From the NCBI GenBank assembly GCA_022821965.1, contig JAJECN010000037.1, positions 69,421 to 133,420 on the forward strand: a DNA stretch of 64,000 nucleotides, read 5' to 3'. A model generated the notes under the pieces. It had not been told where the DNA came from. It made no database searches and saw nothing but the letters and a program-made list of their open reading frames with translations. This DNA comes from Candidatus Poribacteria bacterium (lineage in GTDB: Bacteria; Poribacteria; WGA-4E; WGA-3G). The translations under genes and the position numbers were made by a program. Shown here piece after piece: positions 56,951 through 64,000 of this stretch (its first letter is position 1; each line of letters begins with the position of its first letter).

Positions 56951-57309
56951 AATATATCCGTATCTCCTTGCAGGCGTAACTTTAATGATTGTGGTACATG
57001 TTGAAATCTTTATGAATAAATTTAACGCTTGCTTAATATGATACCATATTTGCAGAATTTTATCAAATTTTTTCTTGTTTACAAGGAACACATCGTTTAA
57101 GATCACCATTCAAACATTGATTTTACGGAACTCCTCTATCAGAGGCATATAGGGCAAATCCGCTGATAACGGGGATTTAAGGGGTTAACGATCAAAAGTG
57201 CGTAAGTAATACAAAACTACTACCTACACGAACGGATCGTTTGCTTTTAACGCATCGCACATGTTAAAATACTTATTTGGGACAGATGCAAGTTTATCGG
57301 AGATAATAG

Positions 57310-59262
57310 ATGTCTAACCTACGACTGCCAAGAATTATCCTATTTTTTAGCTGCTTACTCATCTGTTTAACGAGCATCTCCCAAACACTGTCTGGTACTG
57401 AAACCGCAGAACAGGCCACTGCCTTAGAAACGACATCACCCGATAACGAAGGAGCGGATAAGACAGAGCAGCGTTATCGCATTCATCAACTCCGTTTTAA
57501 TGGCAACGAACATTTAAATCAAAAAAAGTTGATAAATCTATTCGGATGGGAAAAAGAAAAGGCTTATTCCCGTTCGGAGATTATAGATCGGTTTGAACGC
57601 ATCGTCGCAGCGTATCAAGAAGCAGGTTTTGTGTTCGCAGAAACGTCCTCTGAGGTTACACCGATTTCGGGAATCGGACAGCTCAACAATGAAGTCCATG
57701 TATCGATTACAGTAGAAATTGTCGAAGGCAAACAGATCCGAACAGGCACACTCACACTTACTGGAAACCAACGTTTTTCAGAGACCGAAATTCGTGATGA
57801 ACTCGGTTTAAAACAGGGCAGACTTTTTACACAAGTCGCATTGGAGCGTGGCATTGACCGCCTTCAAACCCTGTACAGCGAACACGGATATCCGAAAGTT
57901 GAGATTGTCCCTCAAGACTTCCAATTATCACCGGCAGCAGGCACCGTTGACTTCAAACTGAATATCCGCGAAGGGGCACAGGTGAAGATTGGTGAGGTCA
58001 AGGTCAGCGGACTTGAAAAAACGAAGACCAAAGTAGTCCTTCGGGAAATCCGAGTGAAACCGGATCAAAACTTCGATCAGCGCGACATCGACACGAGTTA
58101 TCATCGCCTCCGAAATTTGGGGTATTTCTATCAAGTCAATCCGAATGTATTGGAAGCAGGCAATACAGAAGACAGGATTAACTTCCATGCACGGGTAACC
58201 GAAGCAAAGACAGGACAGTTGAGCGGTGTCATCGGATACGCACCGCCGGATTCAGAGACGGACGCTGCACCACAACTTACTGGTGTGTTTGAAGCCCGCG
58301 AAACCAACTTGCTCGGAACTGGGAGACAGTTTAATTTTTATTGGAAATCCGGGCTGCTCAAGATCCTTCGACTCGGTTATGCAGAACCGTGGATATTCGG
58401 TAAACCTTTAACAATCGGCATAGAGTACGGACAACTAAAACAGCAGCCTACAAATACGGATTCACTCGGCACCGAAACAGTCTCCGAAGAGCACTCGAGT
58501 AACTTAAGCGCAACGACGAACTTCGGACGCGTCTTTGAGGGAACCATGACATTAGGGTATAAACAGATTAAGGTGCCAAATTCTACCACTCTGCCTCCGA
58601 CAACAGTCCCTCCACTCAATATCCAATCCCAGACATCACTCTTTTCCGAACCAAGTCCTACTCCGCCAACCGAAACAGATGCGTATAGTGGGACGAAATA
58701 TAGCGTCACACTCCGATTGACACGGGACACCCGCGACTATTTCCTGAATCCAACACGTGGACGGCGTGATAGCATCGCTTTTGAAGTGTCACGGAGCGAT
58801 TTCCGCCTTCGGAAGGCATGGCTCTCCCTGCAGCAGTATTTCCCAACATGGCGAAAGCAGACGATTGCAGTTGAACTCCACGGTGCAGCGGCGTGGGGTT
58901 TTACGGCGCAGCTTGCAAGCCGATCTTACGCAGGCATTCCGCCAACTGAACTTTTCTACCTCGGCGGCGCGACCACGCTACGCGGATATGATGAAGATTG
59001 GTTTTCTGGACCGCGGCGTGTATACGCGAACCTTGAATATCGATTCCTCGTCGGACCCGATTCACAGATTTTCGTCTTCACAGATTTAGGTTCAGTCACT
59101 TTGATTGAAAAACCGTCTGTCTTCGACAAACTCCGAGTCGGCTACGGCTTTGGAGCGCGTCTTGAATCAAGAGGCGGCATCTTACGTATCAATTATGGTC
59201 TCGCCGCAGGAGATTCCCTACTGCGAGGAAAAATCCATGTTAACCTCGCCCTTTCCTTATAA
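57310..59262 (+). CDS. Omp85/BamA-family outer-membrane protein (POTRA repeats + 16-strand beta-barrel)
   Basis: Signal peptide. POTRA-like units (…IHQLRFNGNEHL…, …TGTLTLTGNQRFSETEIRDEL…, …IGEVKVSGLEKTKTKVVLREIRVKPD…). C-terminal barrel with …LGGATTLRGYDE… surface-antigen motif. Confidence 0.65.
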   Translation: MSNLRLPRIILFFSCLLICLTSISQTLSGTETAEQATALETTSPDNEGADKTEQRYRIHQLRFNGNEHLNQKKLINLFGWEKEKAYSRSEIIDRFERIVAAYQEAGFVFAETSSEVTPISGIGQLNNEVHVSITVEIVEGKQIRTGTLTLTGNQRFSETEIRDELGLKQGRLFTQVALERGIDRLQTLYSEHGYPKVEIVPQDFQLSPAAGTVDFKLNIREGAQVKIGEVKVSGLEKTKTKVVLREIRVKPDQNFDQRDIDTSYHRLRNLGYFYQVNPNVLEAGNTEDRINFHARVTEAKTGQLSGVIGYAPPDSETDAAPQLTGVFEARETNLLGTGRQFNFYWKSGLLKILRLGYAEPWIFGKPLTIGIEYGQLKQQPTNTDSLGTETVSEEHSSNLSATTNFGRVFEGTMTLGYKQIKVPNSTTLPPTTVPPLNIQSQTSLFSEPSPTPPTETDAYSGTKYSVTLRLTRDTRDYFLNPTRGRRDSIAFEVSRSDFRLRKAWLSLQQYFPTWRKQTIAVELHGAAAWGFTAQLASRSYAGIPPTELFYLGGATTLRGYDEDWFSGPRRVYANLEYRFLVGPDSQIFVFTDLGSVTLIEKPSVFDKLRVGYGFGARLESRGGILRINYGLAAGDSLLRGKIHVNLALSL

Positions 59263-59498
59263 CTCACCCATAGCGCGGATTTCTAAATCCTGGGGAAACA
59301 CCCAAGCAAAAACATCCCTTTTTCTGTAGGAGCGACCTCCCACCTAAGACAGATAGAAAACCTAAAATCATAGTATCTGATCAATTCCAAAATCTACTAC
59401 AAATTGCCCCACCCTTTTAATTTGCCAAGTGATGAAATATGTTATAAAATATATAGGAGCAGTAATAAACGTAATTTAACTAACAATTGGAGGTTTAA

Positions 59499-61292
59499 AT
59501 GACGAAAAACAAGAAATTACAGAATTGGGTCGAAGAAGCGGCTGAACTTTGCCAACCCGATTCTATCTATTGGTGTGACGGTTCCCAGGAAGAAAACGAT
59601 CGGTTGTGTGAAGAATTAGTTCAGAATGGAACTTTTTTCCGCTTGGACCCAGAAAAGCGTCCAGGCAGCTACGTCGCTCGTTCCAGCCCTGCGGATGTCG
59701 CACGTGTTGAAGACAGAACGTTCATTTGCTCAAAAACACCTCTTGAAGCAGGACCGACGAATAATTGGCACGACCCTGACGATATGAAGAAGACTCTCAA
59801 AGGACTCTTCAAAGGTTGTATGAAAGGCAGAACGATGTACGTTGTACCTTTCAGCATGGGTCCCCTCGGTTCACCTATCTCACATATCGGCGTTGAAATC
59901 AGCGATTCGCCCTACGTCGTTGTTAATATGCGGATCATGACACGCATGGGCAGTGCCGTGTTAGATATCTTAGGTGAAGACGGTGATTTCGTGCCGTGTC
60001 TACACTCTGTTGGAATGCCACTCGAACCCGGACAAGAAGATGTCTCGTGGCCCTGCAATCCGGATAATAAATACATCGTACATTTTCCCGATGAACGCTC
60101 CATCTGGTCCTACGGTAGCGGCTACGGTGGGAACGCACTCCTCGGTAAAAAATGCTATGCCCTCCGGATCGCCTCCATAATGGCAAAGAATGACGGATGG
60201 ATGGCAGAACACATGCTCATTTTGGGTTTAACGAGTCCCGAAGGTGAAAAAACCTATATCGCCGCAGCGTTTCCGAGTGCATGTGGTAAGACAAACCTCG
60301 CAATGCTCACGCCGACAATACCCGGTTGGAAAGCGGAGACTATCGGAGACGACATCGCATGGATGAAATTCGGTGAAGACGGACGGCTCTACGCGATTAA
60401 CCCAGAAGCTGGTTTCTTCGGTGTGGCACCCGGCACGTCGATGGATACCAATCCGAACGCCATGCACACGCTTGCCTCAAACTCGATCTTCACAAACGCA
60501 GCCCTCACAGAAGACAGCGATGTCTGGTGGGAAGAGATGAGCGAAGACCCACCCGAAACACTCACAAGTTGGCTTGGTGAAGAGTGGCATCCGGGTGGCG
60601 AGAAAACAGCTGCACACCCAAATTCACGTTATACAACCCCAGCCGCACAATGCCCAATCATCGACCCGAACTGGGAGAACCCGAACGGTGTCCCAATCTC
60701 GGCGATCCTCTTCGGTGGACGACGCGCCTCTACTGTCCCGCTCGCGTTTGAAGCATTCAATTGGCAACACGGCACCTTTATCGGTTCCATCGCTTCTTCC
60801 GAACGCACGGCAGCCGCCGCTGGCACCGTTGGTGAACTCAGACGCGATCCGATGGCGATGCTCCCGTTCTGTGGTTATAACATGGGTGACTACTTCGCAC
60901 ACTGGTTGGAGATGGGTGAAAACACCGATGCCAGCAAACTTCCGAAGATTTTCTACGTCAACTGGTTCCGTAAGGATGCCGACGGCGGATGGCTCTGGCC
61001 CGGCTTCGGCGAAAACAGTCGTGTGTTGAAATGGATTGTGGAACGCGTCTCTGGAAAAGGTGAAGCGGTCAAAACCCCCATCGGTTATCTACCAGCATCC
61101 GGTGCAATTGACACCAGCGGATTGGACATAACGGACGATCAGATGGAAGAACTTCTGGACGTGGATGTTGAAGAATGGCTCAACGAGATTGAATCCATTC
61201 GGGAGCATTACGCACGCTTTGAGGAAACGCTGCCCGAAGAACTATCCGATGAATTGGCAGCATTAGAAGCCCGTTTGCGTGAGAAACAGTAA
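59499..61292 (+). CDS. pckG: phosphoenolpyruvate carboxykinase (GTP)
   Basis: 597 aa. …[14 protein letters not shown]… kinase-1a P-loop. …GDDIAWMKF…, …[16 protein letters not shown]…, …[19 protein letters not shown]… are diagnostic GTP-PEPCK blocks. GGAGG RBS. Confidence 0.9.
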   Translation: MTKNKKLQNWVEEAAELCQPDSIYWCDGSQEENDRLCEELVQNGTFFRLDPEKRPGSYVARSSPADVARVEDRTFICSKTPLEAGPTNNWHDPDDMKKTLKGLFKGCMKGRTMYVVPFSMGPLGSPISHIGVEISDSPYVVVNMRIMTRMGSAVLDILGEDGDFVPCLHSVGMPLEPGQEDVSWPCNPDNKYIVHFPDERSIWSYGSGYGGNALLGKKCYALRIASIMAKNDGWMAEHMLILGLTSPEGEKTYIAAAFPSACGKTNLAMLTPTIPGWKAETIGDDIAWMKFGEDGRLYAINPEAGFFGVAPGTSMDTNPNAMHTLASNSIFTNAALTEDSDVWWEEMSEDPPETLTSWLGEEWHPGGEKTAAHPNSRYTTPAAQCPIIDPNWENPNGVPISAILFGGRRASTVPLAFEAFNWQHGTFIGSIASSERTAAAAGTVGELRRDPMAMLPFCGYNMGDYFAHWLEMGENTDASKLPKIFYVNWFRKDADGGWLWPGFGENSRVLKWIVERVSGKGEAVKTPIGYLPASGAIDTSGLDITDDQMEELLDVDVEEWLNEIESIREHYARFEETLPEELSDELAALEARLREKQ

Positions 61293-61311
61293 GACTGAAA
61301 CATTTGACATA

Positions 61312-61340
61312 ATAGGGCGAGGTTCCGTGCCTCGCCCTAT
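61312..61340. repeat. perfect 11-bp-stem hairpin ATAGGGCGAGG-ttccgtg-CCTCGCCCTAT after pckG (member of the GGCGAGG…CCTCGCC hairpin family)
   Basis: Read directly. Related hairpins at 10804-10822, 51701-51722 and 52486-52507. Confidence 0.7.
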
Positions 61341-61410
61341 CGTTAGTCTGAGGACGATTTATACTTGACTATACAAAACGCAACCGCTATCCATAGCAAG
61401 GAGAATATAA

Positions 61411-62601
61411 TTGTCAACCGAACCATGTCCTACAAGTCCAGCCGATGAGGCGGACATCATTCACCCTCGTGTTCTACCATTTATAACTGTTCACCTCGCA
61501 TGCCTCGCAATTTTCTGGGTAGATGTTCAACCGATCGACTGGATTATATGTGGTGCATTGTACGTTATCCGCATGTTCGGCATTACGGCGGGGTTTCATC
61601 GTTACTTTTCGCACCGTTCTTATAAAACCAGCCGTGGATTCCAATTTTTCCTGGCGTTTCTGGGTCAAAGTTCAGCACAACGAGGCACCCTATGGTGGGC
61701 AGCAAAACATCGCGAACACCATAAACACTCCGACACGGAACAAGATATACATTCCCCGGTCCAACACGGGTTCTGGTATTCTCACGTGCTTTGGATTTTC
61801 TCTAAACGCGGACGGACCGTAGATTACAGTACAACAATTAAGGATTTCCAGAAATATCCAGAACTCGTTTGGCTTGATAAATGGGATAGAGTACCGCCAA
61901 TCCTATTAGGTGTTCTCGTTTGGGCGATTGCAGGTTGGTCGGGACTCGTCGTAGGCTTCTTCGTGAGTACGGTACTCCTGTTCCACGGCACATTTACGAT
62001 TAACTCACTTTCCCACGTAATAGGCAAACAACCGTATGTCACCGGTGATGACTCTCGCAACAACTGGCTTCTCGCTATCATTACCTTGGGAGAAGGATGG
62101 CATAATAATCATCACCACTTTCCAAGTGCCACACCGCAAGGCTTTCGTTGGTGGCAAATTGATGTCACCTACTATATTCTGAAAATTTTGTCCATTTTTA
62201 GGATTGTTTGGGACCTTCGATTACCTCCAGCACATGTAGTCGCCGGTAAACGTAAATTGTCGTTAGCTACCATCGAAAACACAGCGCAACAACTCGCTTC
62301 AAGTTTTTCGATTGAACAAATCGGTAACACAGTTCTAAAAGCATGGGCACATACACCGAAGTTAGAAGAATTGCGTAACCGTGCTCGTATCAGTCAGGCA
62401 GAAGTTGAAGCATTTCTTAAAGAAATGAAAATTCTCGAGCTGCCATCAATTGCAAACCTGAAACACCGAGCACAAAAAATGTTTGCCCATATTCCATCGT
62501 TAAATCCTATTGTTGAACGAGCAAATCAGATACTCATCCAGGCAGTTTCCGTATGGTTAGTTCAGAACGATGTTTACGAAACGGCAGTTGAGGTTTCGTA
62601 A
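61411..62601 (+). CDS. acyl-CoA/acyl-lipid delta-9-type fatty acid desaturase with about 100-aa C-terminal extension
   Basis: Three His boxes: HRYFSH, HREHH(KH), HNNHHHF, plus TM segments. The tail after about aa 290 has no recognisable domain. Confidence 0.8.
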   Translation: MSTEPCPTSPADEADIIHPRVLPFITVHLACLAIFWVDVQPIDWIICGALYVIRMFGITAGFHRYFSHRSYKTSRGFQFFLAFLGQSSAQRGTLWWAAKHREHHKHSDTEQDIHSPVQHGFWYSHVLWIFSKRGRTVDYSTTIKDFQKYPELVWLDKWDRVPPILLGVLVWAIAGWSGLVVGFFVSTVLLFHGTFTINSLSHVIGKQPYVTGDDSRNNWLLAIITLGEGWHNNHHHFPSATPQGFRWWQIDVTYYILKILSIFRIVWDLRLPPAHVVAGKRKLSLATIENTAQQLASSFSIEQIGNTVLKAWAHTPKLEELRNRARISQAEVEAFLKEMKILELPSIANLKHRAQKMFAHIPSLNPIVERANQILIQAVSVWLVQNDVYETAVEVS

Positions 62602-62653
62602 GACTTGACCCTATCAAGCTGACTTCAGTTCGTAGACAACTGCAATCTTGTTG

Positions 62654-62709
62654 CCCCAAATCCAATATTTACACTTTGGGTTTGGGGTATTTTATTATTA
62701 GCGTTTGAC
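62654..62709 (+). terminator. rho-independent terminator of the desaturase gene
   Basis: CCCCAAATCC-(24 nt)-GGGTTTGGGG stem followed by TATTTTATTATT. Confidence 0.6.
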
Positions 62710-62937
62710 GCTTCTGGTAAAATATGGTATTCTTAATTGAATAGGCGTTCACCTTAAGAAGTATTTAACCAGAACCCAGAAAGGTTAATTACATCTGCCC
62801 ATTCTCGTGCTATTAGATACAAAATCTGCCCTATTTTGTGCAGTTACTTCTGGACATTTCACAAAGAACCTAACCAGCGTGGCATTGTCCAGACTGGCAC
62901 GGGATTTGCTATAAAACCATAATGAAAGGAGTTTCCA

Positions 62938-63837
62938 ATGAATACTGAACAAAAATATCGTGTTGCGCCCCCTGGATTCACACCAGAACAGTGGAAGACG
63001 TTTAACGAAGACGGCATTATCTTCATTGAAGATGCGATCTCCGATGAAGACATTCAGCCCTATATTGACGCGATAGACCGCGTTGCGGCGATCCATCCGA
63101 AATATAAGCCTGGAGGCTACCTCGGTATGCAGAATATCGTCGAACGAGACCCTGTGTTCGCCAACCTAATTGATCACGAGCGGCATGTCGGTTTCGCGTA
63201 TGACCTATTTGGGGAGCTCCTTAAACTCCATATAAGCCAGTTTTTCCTGCGTCCACCCGGCGGCAAGCAATACAATCAGTGGCATCCAGACGGTGCGCGT
63301 GCGCTCCCTTATGGTGTATTTTCGCCCAAACTGCCGTTGCAAATCAAAATCGGATATTGGCTGACCAATCTGCCGAGAGAGAAGATGGGCAATCTCGTCG
63401 TGTTGCCGGGGAGCCATCGTCAACAGTATATGGACGGTTATGATACACACAAAAGCATTCCGGGGGAAATGGTCGTCTGCCCGCGTAAAGGGACAATGAC
63501 GGTAATGCATTCGAGCATCTGGCATCGCGTTGAACCGAACGAGAGCGATGTAGTGCGCTACAACATTTTCGTTGCTTACTGCCCGTCATGGGTTACACCT
63601 GCTGATCGATTCCACTCCTCACCGGAATGGTTAGAGACACTGAACCGCGAACAGCGTATTATCATGCGGAGCTATAGCAACGCGTATCATAATGCCAAGC
63701 CACCCGCGTCCGATTTTCCGCTTTTCCTCGAACGCGAGACCGGTGTTGAGGCAGATGACGGTGCGTATCAGGAACACGTCCAGTTGCATCGCCGCAAACG
63801 ACAAACGATGCCCGAGCGGCTTGCTGCCTTGCAATAA
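62938..63837 (+). CDS. phytanoyl-CoA dioxygenase (PhyH) family oxygenase
   Basis: …QWHPDGA… / …VLPGSHRQQY… / …SIWHRVEPN… (H-x-D…H triad context). 299 aa. AGGAG RBS. Confidence 0.6.
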   Translation: MNTEQKYRVAPPGFTPEQWKTFNEDGIIFIEDAISDEDIQPYIDAIDRVAAIHPKYKPGGYLGMQNIVERDPVFANLIDHERHVGFAYDLFGELLKLHISQFFLRPPGGKQYNQWHPDGARALPYGVFSPKLPLQIKIGYWLTNLPREKMGNLVVLPGSHRQQYMDGYDTHKSIPGEMVVCPRKGTMTVMHSSIWHRVEPNESDVVRYNIFVAYCPSWVTPADRFHSSPEWLETLNREQRIIMRSYSNAYHNAKPPASDFPLFLERETGVEADDGAYQEHVQLHRRKRQTMPERLAALQ

Positions 63838-63921
63838 TTAGAGGAATTAAAAGTAGTAGGCACACTCCGTGTACCGTAACCGACAGACAAAACTGAACAG
63901 GAATCCCATAGTTAAAAAATC

Positions 63922-64000
63922 ATGAAAACACTATTTCTCAAAGACATGCGCTATCGTCAAGCGAGAGTTGTGCTAACAGCACTCGGCATCACCGTGCTGA
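63922..64000 (+). CDS. 3'-truncated CDS: FtsX/MacB-like ABC permease N-terminus (continues right of window)
   Basis: MKTLFLKDMRYRQARVVLTALGITVL is a typical N-terminus of FtsX-like permeases (…R…LT.LGI.IGV). Confidence 0.3.
   Translation, partial: MKTLFLKDMRYRQARVVLTALGITVL

Noticed and set aside
57310-59262. Two-partner-secretion (TpsB) or TamA identity for the Omp85 protein
   Set aside because: No adjacent TpsA-like or TamB-like gene is present. Three POTRA-like units and the surface-antigen motif fit a generic BamA/Omp85 family call. The subfamily is left open.
1-64000. rRNA, tRNA, IS element, integrase or prophage genes
   Set aside because: No transposase or integrase-like ORF is present. 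No tRNA-like cloverleaf motif (e.g. GGTTCGAATCC) was recognised in the intergenic regions by eye. A tRNAscan or Infernal run would be needed to exclude small RNAs formally.

Overview
This 64-kb window is a gene-dense bacterial chromosomal segment of roughly 50 % GC. I call about 53 protein-coding genes, no rRNA or tRNA, no CRISPR array and no transposase or integrase. Gene content suggests an uncultivated aquatic or marine heterotroph rich in eukaryote-like repeat proteins, as in sponge-associated Poribacteria or Planctomycetes-like lineages (inference only).

Gene content falls into these groups:
- **Repeat-domain proteins:** one WD40 protein plus a mini-paralog, one Kelch protein, two TPR proteins, four secreted LamG paralogs and two PD40/LamG-type β-propeller proteins.
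- **Carbohydrate and sulfate turnover:** a sulfatase carrying the C-x-P-x-R signature and several glycoside-hydrolase-like genes.
- **Oxidoreductases and dioxygenases:** three Gfo/Idh/MocA oxidoreductases and two PhyH-family dioxygenases.
- **Central metabolism:** a UxuA-like dehydratase, GTP-dependent PEP carboxykinase and an acyl-CoA desaturase.
- **Metal homeostasis:** one long minus-strand operon encoding a DtxR-family regulator, an MbfA-like ferritin-VIT1 exporter and a troABCD-like Mn/Zn/Fe ABC importer.

The observations most worth following up are:
- An octaheme c-type cytochrome (eight CxxCH) translationally overlapped with an eight-TM His-bearing membrane protein built from two homologous four-TM halves. 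This looks like an unassigned respiratory module.
- A secreted YyaL-type thioredoxin protein with an added C-terminal DsbD-α-like domain.
- A circularly permuted PEP-utilising phosphotransferase, with the His-swivel domain before the ATP-grasp domain, carrying an N-terminal signal/anchor and an RG-rich segment.
- A minus-strand operon linking a B12-binding radical SAM enzyme (with a tandem-repeat C-terminal tail) to a duplicated ECF-type ATPase, two tandem outer-membrane β-barrel paralogs and a fused MNT-HEPN protein.
- Tandem duplications of a promoter/leader module, leaving a truncated oxidoreductase paralog.
- A dense set of small dispersed hairpin and repeat families (REP-like GCCCCGTAGGGGC, TTAGGAAA-loop hairpins, an AAACACCCAAGCAAA element and others).

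All functional calls rest on remembered family motifs. No database search was run. Interior start coordinates derived by hand may be off by ±1 nt.
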